Of a stretch of 64,000 nt of DNA, positions 51,345 through 63,212 are shown piece after piece. Below the pieces are notes generated by a model. The model ran no database searches. It was not told where the DNA came from and saw only the letters and a list, made by a program, of their open reading frames with translations. Position numbers and translations under genes: made by a program. Within the stretch, counting starts at the first letter, position 1. Each line of letters begins with the position of its first letter. Source of the stretch: Lingula anatina. Taxonomy: Eukaryota > Animalia > Brachiopoda. The stretch covers positions 10,478,001 to 10,542,000 of the forward strand of contig CM120645.1 of assembly GCA_051362555.1 (NCBI GenBank), read 5' to 3'.

Positions 51345-52169
51345 GTAAGATTGGGGGTTTATTTGGGCTACTTCCTTATTTCATGAATCATATACAGAGT
51401 TATGTAGAACATGTATATCAAAAGCGGATGTAGGGGTATTGCACTTCTATATATATTTCGTGAATCATATACATTCTTTACATATCAGAGTTATGTAGTA
51501 TAGGAAAGGCGGATGGGGGGGAGGGGGGTGCACAATGGACTACCCGATCCCTAGCTTCTGTAGCTGTTATCTTCCTTCTACCTCCTACCAAATTCTGTAA
51601 ACGGTAAAACAAGCGAGACAAGGCTGAAACCAAGGGGTTTTTCTCCTGGTGTCGCACAGAGCAGCTTTGTGTGTGTACTGGTATATTTATGAAGTTCGAT
51701 CCGAACCATGTGCCCTTAAAAACCAGTTTAAAACCTTTAAGTACATTGATATATTAATTACGCATGGCTACCCACGTTGTCACGAGATAATTGGTATTGT
51801 ATTTTTGTCCATGATAAACGAAAGTCAAACGTTGAACCGAAACGCGCGTTTATAGTGACATACTTGAATGAGTAAAATTTGAGGAATTTGCATCGTGCAC
51901 TAAGGTCGAGCAAAAACAATCAAAATCTTTAATAAGAGAAGGTATTACGCTAATGATTAATCCATTTATGCATTTAATTTAGCCAAAACAAAGAAAAGGG
52001 GTTATCAGGGTCAGAGGTCTATCGCGTGACGCAATAGAAAATTTATAATATGTGTCAAAATGGTAAAATTAATCTTGAAATAAAGTGGTGTTAAATGTGG
52101 CAATTAGAAACGTTACTAAAATTTTCCTAGCACACGTCAGTTTTAAGGTATTGATGCTGTTTGTTTCAG

Positions 52170-52218
52170 TGTGAAAAAACAAGGCAACGAAATCACAGGT
52201 GGTGTGAGATATGAGAAG
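52170..52218 (+). CDS. Transmembrane adaptor-like protein, coding exon 2
   Basis: TTGTTTCAG|T GTG AAA...GAG AAG|GTAAAA encodes SVKKQGNEITGGVRYEK. Phases 2 to 0 join exons 1 and 3 in frame. Confidence 0.75.
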
Positions 52219-52484
52219 GTAAAATTCTTTCCGTTGTTACATGTAAGAACGTAGCTTGATAAATTATTATTTAATTGTTATCAGTTACTTTATCTTCTAC
52301 ATTTGCCACATACACGCGTATACTAGTAGGATGAAACCCGTTGAAACCATCTCACTTGAACTTTGGCTTGATATGTTTGCCTGCTTAACAAATGAAATTT
52401 TTTTCAAGGAATGCACTCATAAATATGTTTACTAATTAATGCACACATTATCAAGACGTTTAAGTGAAAACTCTCTGACTTCAG

Positions 52485-52967
52485 AAAACGGGCATCGAAA
52501 ACGTGGCAATGGATTACAATTCAACAGCTCAATTAACGGCAAGCGAGAGAAATGACGGAAGGAAGAATGAAATTCTTAAAGGCAAGGCTTCGCAAAACCA
52601 TACTCCATCTACCGGTGAGTACCTCCACTTCGCTGACAGCGGTTCATCCCTGAAGCAGCATATGTATGGCAATGTCAGTGTGACGTCCTCATCGGGCGTC
52701 ATAGACACATATCAGGTGGGACCTGCACTGACGCCACACGATTCCAATTATTCTCAATTCATGACGTCATCATGCCACAGTTATGTGAACACAAAACAGC
52801 AGGGGGAAGGCACAAACAGTGAGACGCGTGGTTCAAGCGAGAGTGCAGATTATACGTATGCCTGGCCTACTTTTTCTATTAAGAAGGGTAAAGATGTGCC
52901 TTTAACGAACTATGGGACCTATGAAGATGTTGGAACCAGTGGGTCAAATCTTTCTCGCAAGAAGTGA
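52485..52967 (+). CDS. Transmembrane adaptor-like protein, coding exon 3 (disordered Tyr-motif tail)
   Basis: CTGACTTCAG|AAA ACG GGC ATC GAA AAC GTG is in frame with ORF 52503-52967. Motifs EYLHF, YGNV, YSQF, YVNT, YTYA, YEDV. Total CDS 663 nt = 220 aa. Confidence 0.8.
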   Translation, partial: KTGIENVAMDYNSTAQLTASERNDGRKNEILKGKASQNHTPSTGEYLHFADSGSSLKQHMYGNVSVTSSSGVIDTYQVGPALTPHDSNYSQFMTSSCHSYVNTKQQGEGTNSETRGSSESADYTYAWPTFSIKKGKDVPLTNYGTYEDVGTSGSNLSRKK

Positions 52968-54439
52968 TAGCTTGTTGCTTATGCAAAGTGATCTCAGGTC
53001 ATTCAACGTGTTGTTATTTTCAGATATCACCTTTTTTATTTACATTAAATTAATGTGCTTTATTATAGTGCGTAATGCCTTGATATATAAAACACAAACA
53101 GCCCATGTGACTTATCATTCTGATTACGATAATTAAAATGAATGTGGTTGTGTCTTATATCTTACTTTGCGTGCAATTCAACTAATAACTGTTAGACTGA
53201 CCCCCCTCCTCCCCCAAAAAATTATAATAAATAAATTATTAGAAAGAAAAAGAAAGAAAATACGCAGTTCATTATTTAAAAAAATGTCGCTGCATTGCTT
53301 CATCCAGGATTCACGTCATCATCTGACGGAAACAAATGAGAACTGTGATCCCAAGCAAAAGTTGTCCATAGCTTCGTGTAACATATGGGTTATTATTTTT
53401 TTTACTCTTTTTGAGCATAAAGGTATAAAAATACAGTAACATTTTCACAGAATGTTGTTCAGTGCATCCACAAAAGGGACAATTTGCATATTCCATGTAT
53501 CCCTTTGAAGGATTATTTTTCTCGTTACCGTCGCTTTAACATGAAAAAGTCCATATCAACTGCTTCGTGTAATTCAATCTGGATCTATCAAAAACATTCA
53601 GTGATTTGGATTCTCTATGTCGTAGCTTTTTTCACTCCTGCTTGATGTGTCCAAATGTAATGATGTATACAAGTTGCATAAACTAAATATACTGCTTGAG
53701 TCCTATGAAATTAAATATGATTAGGGTATAATTACATGTAGATCAGTGCTGGTTCGTTTTTCTATGATCCAGTCAAATACTTACGGCGAAAAAAAACCTT
53801 TCTAGTGTCAGATTAGAGAAACGATGTTATGCGCATGTTGCAAATGGGGTGCACTTTTTGCTTGAGTAAATTTTATATCATAACTGAATGTATAAAATCA
53901 TTACAGGGCATTTAGAAAACTGATGTCCCAACCGTTGAATCATTTGTAAAACGGTTTACTGAATATAAGCATAATATAGAAAATATCCAGACAAAGAAAA
54001 TGAGATTTGAACTATAATATCTTGCTGTTCTAGACCACTTATATTACAGCCAATATTTTATCATTTTTGTTGAATATTTTGTATCTAGACATAAGTTATA
54101 TATTTATACAGTATTTGTAAACACATATAGTATTCTCAAACAGCGCAAATTGTTTTTGAATACCGGTACCCGTTGTTTTAAGGGCATTCTCAATGAAATA
54201 AACTCAATTATATCGTCATCGTTTGTGAAATTGTTTTATTTCAGCGCAAAGTTTCTCTTTTATTTTTTGCTGATACGGGTATTTTACGTCTGTCGTGTAT
54301 ACATTTGTACATGTACCAGTTCATGTATACGTTTGTGCCAGATGCAATACTGTGAGGCAAAATCATTTTGGATAATACATGTATGCTCAGTTAAGAAATT
54401 CTTTTCGTTTTTTTTTTTTTTTTTTGTTTTTTTTTTTTT

Positions 54440-54695
54440 TTTTTGTTTTCGCCGGACTTCTATCTCTACCAAGTTGTTTCCTGAAACTCTTTAGGAAAAC
54501 GGTATCTAATGTGACAATATTACTTGCTACAAGCTTCCCGCAATATATAAGCCTATATAGCCTATATTAAAAATCTTTTCTGTTTTTTTTACGCCCGATT
54601 GTTATCATTACAAAGTTGTTTTATGAAACTATTAATGAGAACAGAAAATAATATTAATGTATCACTTGCTACAAACTTCCAGCAATGTATAGCTC
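54440..54695. repeat. Diverged ~140-bp direct duplication
   Basis: AAGTTGTTT..TGAAACT.TT.....AAC...ACTTGCTACAA.CTTCC.GCAAT.TATA occurs twice. Confidence 0.65.
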
Positions 54696-55015
54696 TTGAA
54701 AAACGTAGTTCACGGTAACTGTTTTGGCTATTTTTTAAACTCCGTTAAAAAAATAAAAACTGAAGGCCCGTGTAACAGAAAGCCCTCTCTCCCGTTAACC
54801 CAAGTATATGTGTTTTCATGGGGGTTATCGTGAGCCAGGGGGCTTACACTGCGTTCCAATAACCTTATCGTGCTAGGTTCAATCTATCTTAGCGGAGATT
54901 CTCGCAAAGGCGCAGTCAATGTAATCAGCGTAATTGTTTGGCCTGCCCACTCGCAAAATAACATGAACAACATCATAGGTTGTAAAGTTTCCCGTTCTTT
55001 ACCCAAGTACTTTAA

Positions 55016-55182
55016 GGCCGCATTTAGGACTTACTAGTCCGAGGGTCAAATATGGCCGACCCACTTGAATACTTCCCCACGGGGAATCAAATCAGTGACT
55101 ATTAATGCATTAGACGACAAGCTTTTAGTGGGTTGCCATGTTTGACCCGCGGACTAGTTGGTCCACTGTTCTGAATGCGGCA
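55016..55182. mobile_element. Harbinger-like MITE, same family as 32862-33036, opposite orientation, TAA TSD
   Basis: TAA|GGCCGCATT...ACTAGTCCGAGGGTCAAATATGGCCGACCCAC...GGACTAGTTGGTCC...TTCTGAATGCGGCA|TAA. Confidence 0.8.
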
Positions 55183-55470
55183 TAAGTTACGAGGGGGCGT
55201 GCCAGACATTAAAGTACACTTAGAATGCAATTTATCGAGAATCCCCGAGGAATAAGATCGATCCAGCTAGTACGATAGGGTTATGGGAACGGTCCCTAAC
55301 TCGCACCTGTACAGATAAATGGGAACTGGACCCTGTAACATAGGGCACCTGCTTACATTTAAATCCACATAATCAAAAGAGGTGATTCACTCTTTATCAT
55401 AACTAGGTCAATTCTATAAGTAAACGTAAATAAAAACGCTTCAGTATATTGACCCTCTTTGTGAATCAGT

Positions 55471-55823
55471 TTAGGGTAACGATTTGCTAGTAAAGTCCCC
55501 AGGGTCGCTCCTCAGAGTCCCAGGGGTGGTCTGAATAGACGGAAAATCTCCTTGCCCGAAGTTCTCTCCTGGCGCTGAGATCCTGTCACAATAGGACGGC
55601 GGCGGTACTCCAGTTGGACGCGGCAAACTGTCAACGGCGTCTACTTTAAGAGACGATGGCCTTACCGCAGTGAAAGAGCAGAGACGCTCTATGTCTCTAG
55701 AGTATGGCGGTGGAGGCTGGTCGCTGTTGTGTTCCTCGCTGTATAGAAGTCTGGTTCTGGAGTTGTGGACGGATGAGCTGATGATGCAGATACTGTCGTA
55801 AGGCGGTGGATCTGTGTACACTC
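55471..55823 (-). CDS. CUB-like/TM/PPxY membrane protein, coding exon 5 (cytoplasmic tail with three PY motifs)
   Basis: Acceptor CCGTAG|GA. Translation GVYTDPPPYDS...QPPPPYSR...VPPPSYCD...KSLP*. Confidence 0.82.
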
Positions 55824-56206
55824 CTACGGTATATCGGCCAATATAGAAATAAAAGCAGAGTAAAATATCAAAGACAATTGCGTGCGGTACATTACTTTAT
55901 ATATGCATGTACGCTCACATGTACCCTGGTATGTGGATTATAAGAAGCATTTAGATTTATAGATTAAATGCAAATGTATATTAAGAAATAAATTAGAAAT
56001 ATGAATTGAACAATGAATAAATCGTAAACTGATTTATTAAATTTTTTTTTTCATCAGGTATTGACTTGTAAATGCAAGAGTAGCAATATTAAAGATATGA
56101 ATACATATTTGATAAAAAGGAAATACAATAGAACTGTTTATGAAAACAGAGTTATATGAATTCATCAATGCATATTCAAACCATGTTGTATACGAAAGTA
56201 TCTCAC

Positions 56207-56365
56207 CGGCAGGTCCCCCCTGTATTTGAGCGCCCTCTACCGCCGCTCTAGCCCTGGCTCTAGCCCGGCGACGCTTGATATAGCATCCCGCGACCACTAT
56301 CGCTACCTCAATGACGATGACGCTGCTCACGATGATGGCAGACGACTGGCCGAATGTAAGTCCAG
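56207..56365 (-). CDS. CUB-like/TM/PPxY membrane protein, coding exon 4 (transmembrane)
   Basis: TTTTCTCCTCCCAG|...|GTGAGA, phase 1-1. Translation AGLTFGQSSAIIVSSVIVIEVAIVVAGCYIKRRRARARARAAVEGAQIQGGPA. Confidence 0.85.
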
Positions 56366-56933
56366 CTGGGAGGAGAAAACAAGATACACCGGTTAATGAT
56401 TGATTGGATTATTTATAAGATATATTACAACTGTGAAAACAAATTTCACGAAATGTTTTGGTTGATTTGCTTTCTTTTGCGCCAGTAATTGAGTACGTTA
56501 TGAGTGAGCACTCCAGTAATGCGTACATGTTAAGCCCAACAATATATTTAGAAAAAGAAAAGTAAGAAGACGGGGGAATGTGACGAGAAAAAAGTCACCT
56601 TCGTGTTAATCAAATTAGTCACGCAAGGGAAAACTTTTATTACTTTGTACTACATCACAAGATATTAAATGAAAGCTTATGTTTATTAGTGACGTAAACG
56701 TCGGGATTTTACCTTTAGGGAGATGGTAGACAATTCGTTATAATCTGTTGCACTTTGACATGCAATAACCTTCTGTCTCGAACTTTAATAAGATTAAAAG
56801 TCCACAGCATGCTAAATATTCATGAAGATTGACTGTTTACGTCACAGTGCATCGCATATTGTAGATGAATAACTTTTTCAACATTTGATCATTAATATGG
56901 CACTGACAGTATATACATGTAGCTGCTACCTAA

Positions 56934-57148
56934 GGCTCTATTCCCATAGATTTTAGATCGATCTATCCCCGCGGGGAGTCTCACTAGATTACTTTCAGAT
57001 AATCCGACTTAAATGTCCGTCCCGGCTACTACAAGCTGTTAGGAGGTAATTAACTTTCGTGTCCGCCCGGCTGACAGCTATTTAGCGTGAACCCCCAGGG
57101 AGTTAGGTCGATCTAAAGTAGGTCGATCTAATCTATGGAAATGGGGTG
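56934..57148. mobile_element. Intronic Harbinger-like MITE, TAA TSD
   Basis: TAA|GGCTCTATTCCCATAGATTTTAGATCGATCTA ... TAGGTCGATCTAATCTATGGAAATGGGGTG|TAA. Confidence 0.7.
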
Positions 57149-57349
57149 TAAGATGTTGGTGAACGAGGAGAAGCTACTAGGGCCCAAAATGCGTGAAATT
57201 AATATTATACATTTGTACCATCAGTAAATAATTTTTATTTTTGATAACGAACTTTTCTTAGACCTTATTGTTATTTTTTACTGTACCTCAAATGATGAAG
57301 CCCCGATATCAAAAGGTAAAACTTAGATGCTAAAACGCTGCTGACCTAC

Positions 57350-57476
57350 CTTTTTCTGATATGACAGTGAATTTGAAGTCGTAGTCGATGCTCTGTCCCC
57401 TATGGAGCCTGATTTGCATGGAGTTATGACCAGATAGGATGTCGCTGAGGGCCAGGGTATTGCAGTGTATTGCCCT
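57350..57476 (-). CDS. CUB-like/TM/PPxY membrane protein, coding exon 3 (C-terminal part of the CUB-like domain)
   Basis: CTAATTACAG|...|GTAGGT, phase 0-1. Translation RAIHCNTLALSDILSGHNSMQIRLHRGQSIDYDFKFTVISEK. Not in the ORF track. Confidence 0.8.
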
Positions 57477-58141
57477 CTGTAATTAGAGGAAAAATTATGA
57501 CGACTGCTTCAAATGCGGATAAAAGCTAAAACTAAACTTGTGTAGGATTTTAACTCATGGCGACCGTTTTGGATAAAAAAAGTGGGCTTCAGGACAAAAA
57601 GGCAGGCTTTACCCATGTAAACTACATGTTTTCCTTAGACATAAACGCGTGGCGCCAAGATACGTCATATTTGAAGGAAGAGGCAACATTCCACCTATTG
57701 TCTGTCACAGAATCCATCAGCTGAATATTTTCTAATATTCTCATAATTTGATAGCCAGATAAATGACTAAATAAATAAAAGTGATTTTCCTCCGTTTAAG
57801 ATTTAGTATTAACTCTAAACATGTTACCCAATAAAACTCACGTGAGTTTTGACAAAGCAAAATAGCGCACGTTTGCGTAGCATTCTTCTGCGTGCATATG
57901 ACAAATTTGTTGTTATGGTTGTTGTTGTTGTTGTTGTTCTTCAACCTTTCTAAATATCACCAACTTCCACGTGGTCGGTAATATCATAACACGGTGAATC
58001 ACCTTCAAGTACTGATAACGTTCTGTTATCATTGAGCATATTTACATGTACCGGTCCAATAGGATGCATCGTGATTAAACAACATATAATATAAACCTGG
58101 TATATATTGATAATATTTCACTACACACAGCAGTTTTGACA

Positions 58142-58203
<62 letters not shown>
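58142..58203. repeat. (AAT)n microsatellite
   Basis: Direct reading. Confidence 0.95.
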
Positions 58204-58204
<1 letters not shown>

Positions 58205-58351
58205 GACGACGACAACAATTATGATGATATGGTGATGATTAACATAACATATCACTGACGTTCATTTTTCTAGTAAATATAAAATTTTCACAGTTCGTTT
58301 AATTACATCACTTATGATACAATATAGGGATGACTGATATTTCTTACTTAC

Positions 58352-58611
58352 CAACAATTTCCCCTTCCCGTCACCGTCATAAAAATTAAGCTGAGTCCTG
58401 GAACTAGTAGAACACGGCATGTATATGGCACTAAAGCTGGCCCTGAGTATCATGGACGGATCTGACGCCGTAAACGTCAGCGTGCACGTGCTGGGGATGT
58501 CCGGCGCGTACCTAATCGTGCGTATCCATGCTGTTACTACCGCCATGGTATCGTTGTGGATTTTGAACGTCTGTCTGCATTGGTTGAATGTCCCGTCCAT
58601 ATAATAGAATC
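58352..58611 (-). CDS. CUB-like/TM/PPxY membrane protein, coding exon 2 (CUB-like domain)
   Basis: TTCCCTTCAG|...|GTAAGT, phase 1-0. Translation YYMDGTFNQC...RYAPDIPSTCTLTFTA...LRASFSAIYMPC...TQLNFYDG, matching the CUB-like Y..C.L.F, F..C, L..YDG pattern. Confidence 0.85.
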
Positions 58612-58953
58612 CTGAAGGGAAATGTGGGGTGTATTGAAAGTTTATCATATCATATCACATAACGTGATTTTTAGATGTTGCTCTTAAAAGCAGCTCGTAT
58701 GCTGTGCACAAATATTTACGTTACTTACACGTGTTAGAGGTAAAATTCTCTGATGCCTATTTCAGAGCAAAATGGGAGATAATTACCAGCAAAATATCAA
58801 GCCCTTTATGCACACGCACGCACGCACGCACAAACGCATACGAAATATACAAAACAAGAAATAAACATTTTTTTGTATCATCAGTTATAATAATTCCATA
58901 TACATTTTCTCTTTTTGTCTAAATAATGCACATGCAATCCAGAGTCTACTCAC

Positions 58954-59032
58954 GATGCTTTTTCTCCTTCACGGCAGCTATCACTGTTGGGACAACCAAC
59001 ATGTACATCCACAGAAGCAAGTGCCTCGCCAT
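58954..59032 (-). CDS. CUB-like/TM/PPxY membrane protein, coding exon 1 (signal peptide)
   Basis: MARHLLLWMYMLVVPTVIAAVKEKKH, with donor C|GTGAGT (phase 1). The full CDS is 978 nt = 325 aa and all phases are compatible. Confidence 0.8.
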
Positions 59033-62001
59033 TTCATTCTACGTTACAGGGACGTGGCACGCAGATCATTCGTGGCTGATGCAGTAGTTGATACCTGTAG
59101 CATTAGAAAGAGTACATGTATATTTCCGCCAAGATAATTTTGATACTATGAGAATCGTCGTCGACCTTGTTTTAACCGTGTCATGTAATATAGGAATACT
59201 GATAAGTAAAATTACGTTAAGTACAAATAAATTAATTCAAACCTGTCCACACTCCCGATTGCATCAGGAGTCTCCCTATCCGCGATTATGGGACATACAT
59301 GTACATGTACAACCCCAGTCAGACTAAAAATCCTTTTTCTTTCCTTAAAACACGTAACGATAAAAATATGTAGCTATATCCCCACTTTTAAATGCTCGGC
59401 AAAGTGCAACTGTTGGTTTCATTCACGGAAAAGTGTCTCCACGTCGGACCTAACTGCTTTATCAGATTCATTAATTGAGGGTAATAATTGTAGATAACAA
59501 TGAGGAGGAAATTCCAAATACGAAACTCTGTCGGGTCTTTGTGTGAGTACCATCCTGAACAATGTGTGTTGTCGTTACAGGGAGAAAGCTTGTTTCCAAT
59601 TTGGAACCGAGATAACGATCATTCAAAACCGCTGGGTTAGCTTCCTGGGTATTAACTGTTTGCAATAGTTGCTTTCACAAGCAGACTACCTCAGTTAACA
59701 ATTAAATGGACAGCGACACTTTGCCACTCTACACTAGGGCCACAGATTGATATTTCACTACATATTCACAGATAATGTCTCTGGCTAAATATCGTCAATC
59801 TTCTACGCCAGAGGCCTGTTACAAAATTATTGTATACTTTAATATGGTATACTATTAAATCAGTAACATATAAAATATACCAGTAACATATATCAGTAAC
59901 ATAAAGTTGATTGTCACCCGAGAGGTGAGCTGAGCCAACTCCGATGAAAGCGACACAAAGGATATCACTTGTTTTAACCATTGGTTCAAAAGGGCTGTTA
60001 TTATGACTAAGTTGTCAATTAACTGATGAAATTCTTTACTAGGTATATTATCAGTATTGAATATCAAGCATTGAAATATTTTTTATTAAATTTGAAATTT
60101 AATAAATTACTTACTGGTGGATTTAATATTATTTCATGTAGTCAAAGTGTATGATATAAGCAAACCGGCAATACAACCCCTAAAAATAGAAAAACAAGCC
60201 TTATTTTTTCAATATTAAAAGAAACGCAGAAACACTGTGTGTGTGTTTGTTTGTTTGTGTGTGTACATCAGGATGGGCGCAAGAGGGAATCTCCCTCTCT
60301 GGCAATCGTCAATGTTGACAGGTATAAATAAATACATGGACCTAGAAATAGAAGTTGTCATAAGGGGCCCAGTCATCACCATTTAAGATAAGATCTATTG
60401 GAAAACAATGCGTGGCGACTTCCTCTTAAGAGAGCACGTGCTACTGTTTGGGATTTTGAGGGTTTTTATGCTACTAGTATTCCACGAAGAAACATTTGTC
60501 ATTTAACATCAGGCACTTTGTTTATCTGTTGAGATCCAAATTGCAATTGTGGTTTCTATTATATCTGAACTGTGACGCATGAGCTTGAATGACAAGACTC
60601 ATTAAGTCAAGTTAACGATTAAACTAATTGTTATTACGAACAAAGTAAAAGAAAAGAGTTTTTTTTTTTTTGCTCGCGTTCAGGACTTTTCTTATCATTT
60701 AAAATGTTTTGTGGAACTAATTTTCTGGATTAAGATGAATAAAACATTAAGTAAAATATGGGAAAAAGGAACACAACAACATTATTACCTCACTTTATCT
60801 TCATATTTTATGCAGAAACTGTTGTGATAATTTTAAAAGTTGTAAAAGTTCACACATTTTTCGAATTTTTGCTGTGACTGTGCCGGTGGCACGTCTCGAA
60901 TTACGGATAGAGAGTCTTAACCACCTGATGGGAGTGCAGTGGACCCTAAGTGCAGTTTGAGCCACGACGCGAGAGAGTGTGGACCCATCTCGTCAACTCA
61001 TACCTAATAAGGCCACACTTTTTTATTTTTATGGATGACATCCTCTGGGGACCCCAAAATCGGTGCGAGCGGGCGAAAAAAAAAAAAACAGTCCAAAAAA
61101 AAAAAAAAAAACTGCTTAAGAAAAGTTATGTTTTCAGTACACAGCTGGAAACACTAATTTACCACAGAAACATGTATCAAACTAACAACATGTCTTTATC
61201 CATGCTTTCAAAATATTAAAGCATTGTGAATAGGGCCTACTTCGTAGAAAGGTAAAAAGTCATGAATATATATGCTGCATATTACCAAATCCATTTAAGG
61301 TTATTTCATGCATTCTGTTGGTATAGCAGTCAATAATCAAATATCAAATAAACAGCGTGTCTTTATTTGTACTCTCAGAAAATTAAAGCATTGTAAACAC
61401 TTCACAGAATTGTTAAAAAAATGAAGCAAAGATAGGCCTATGCTTCCTACTACCAAATCTAAAAGAGGTAATTTCGGTCGATGCCATTTTGTCTACTTCG
61501 ACTCACACGTAGCAGCCAACTATCGGGTGGCCTGTCCGACCTTCAGTCCACCAAATACCACGACGCTCTTGTCGACCCTTTTTTCGCTACAAAAAAACCT
61601 GGTATGTGCTGCTTTGGACAGAATGTCACTGAAATTTTCTGGGCGATGATCGCTGGCCGCGGCCAGCCTTTCGTATAATTGTAAAAGGGTGATATCTCCA
61701 TGTCCAATATCAATGGCAAACCAATCCAAAACGACGGCCCCCGTTCTCTTTATGACTTTAATTGTCGTGTATTTTGAAATTAATGCTAGAGATGAATTTG
61801 ACGGCAAAGCGGCCATATTTCCACGTGGTGATAATACGCATGCTCAGAAAGCTCATTTTCCGCACTCGGAACTACTTGGATGTCTCCGCAGTTGACAATG
61901 ACAGTATGGAGCTTGCGGAATTAGCCGAGGATTGCCGATTGCATTTTCCGGCAAATTCAATAACGACGTTTGCGACAACCGACTTCCTTTGGGGGGGGGG
62001 G

Positions 62002-62043
<42 letters not shown>

Positions 62044-62308
62044 GATGTCATCCATAAAATTAAAAAAGTGTGGCCTAACAATAATATAAAGTTACACAGC
62101 GAGGTTCAAACTGTGAAAGACGGCAGCGGACAGCGGGTGCACGCAAAGAGAACACACGCTTCCTTAGCCACGCGTTTTCACTTCATCGGCGACAAGAATG
62201 AGATTCGCATCTCCACTTCATTATCATGATCCTCCTCGTTATTACCACGCTTAAACGTAAAGTTTAGTCAAACGATGGCGACAATTGAAATCAGTGATGT
62301 TTACTTAC

Positions 62309-62400
62309 CTGAAGTTTATCCTAATTACTGCATTCACACTACACAGTAGTAAAAGCCGAATCCTTTCCGCCTTTCGGGACACTGCGAGCGGTTAAAATAT
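62309..62400 (-). other. Possible 5' non-coding exon of the CUB-like/PPxY gene
   Basis: Consensus donor CAG|GTAAGT on the minus strand at 62309/62308, and a matching acceptor CTACAG at 59098-59096 upstream of the ATG. The 5' end is unknown. Confidence 0.4.
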
Positions 62401-62932
62401 TCTAGCAGCTGACTGTACACGGTTACAAGTACAGGCAATAAACTACATATTGGCACTTCAACACTCCACTAACAATATATATATCTGGTCACTTTCATCG
62501 AAACAGTCCCAGTTATCTAATTTTAAGTGATACCATGGTCATGGGACATTGTTCACAATAACGAATGAATAGTATACACATTAGATAACAGAGACCGCTC
62601 AAATATCCATTGTTTTACGTCAGTGGACTCTTATATACAGGTATCTTCTCCACATGTACTGGCGGTATCTCCATTTAAAGGGATTTTCGCACGTGAAAGG
62701 GACATTGTAGTCGTCATGTTATTGAGGAAAAGATAAGATGTCGACTGTGAGTAAACGTATTTACTTTGGACTGTTCTCAAGGCTATACATTTGCATGAAC
62801 GACAAGGCAAGCTGATAAAGCTTCACTTCCCGGCTTATCGCGCACCGCTCACCGTGCAATTTATATCATGTGAAGGCTGTGACCCTCTCATGTCACGTAC
62901 GCGTCGTGAAATGCATGTATATGTACTATATT

Positions 62933-63212
62933 CAGGGGCGGATCCAGGATTATTTGAAGGGGGCGGGGCGGAACGACAGGCCTGGGATGCAAAGTCGACC
63001 ATCGCCCCATAGACATGGGGTCCTGGGCCTGCTTAAGGGCCCCGAAAATTTTTTGGTGTTTTGGAGGACAAACGGTGCCCTTTGGTACGGTTTAGAACTA
63101 TGATTCAGCTAGCCAAAATTCTAATATCAAGAGGGGAATATTGGTATAATATATTTTTCCGAAACCGAAGGGGGGGGGGGGGGGGGGTAATCCCCCTCTA
63201 AATCCGCCACTG
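62933..63212 (+). mobile_element. hAT-like MITE, family B copy 3 (both TIRs present)
   Basis: CAGGGGCGGATCCAGGATTATTTGAAGGGGG ... AATCCGCCACTG. Confidence 0.82.

Noticed and set aside
51214-56365. Charge-paired TM interaction between the two convergent membrane proteins
   Set aside because: The adaptor TM has no Lys/Arg to pair with the Glu of the CUB-like protein.
57945-58022. Extra exon of the CUB-like gene
   Set aside because: It has a stop in the required phase, and exons 2 and 3 already join in frame.
61762-62229. 155-aa ORF
   Set aside because: It runs through poly-G and poly-T tracts and shows no domain similarity, so it is likely spurious.
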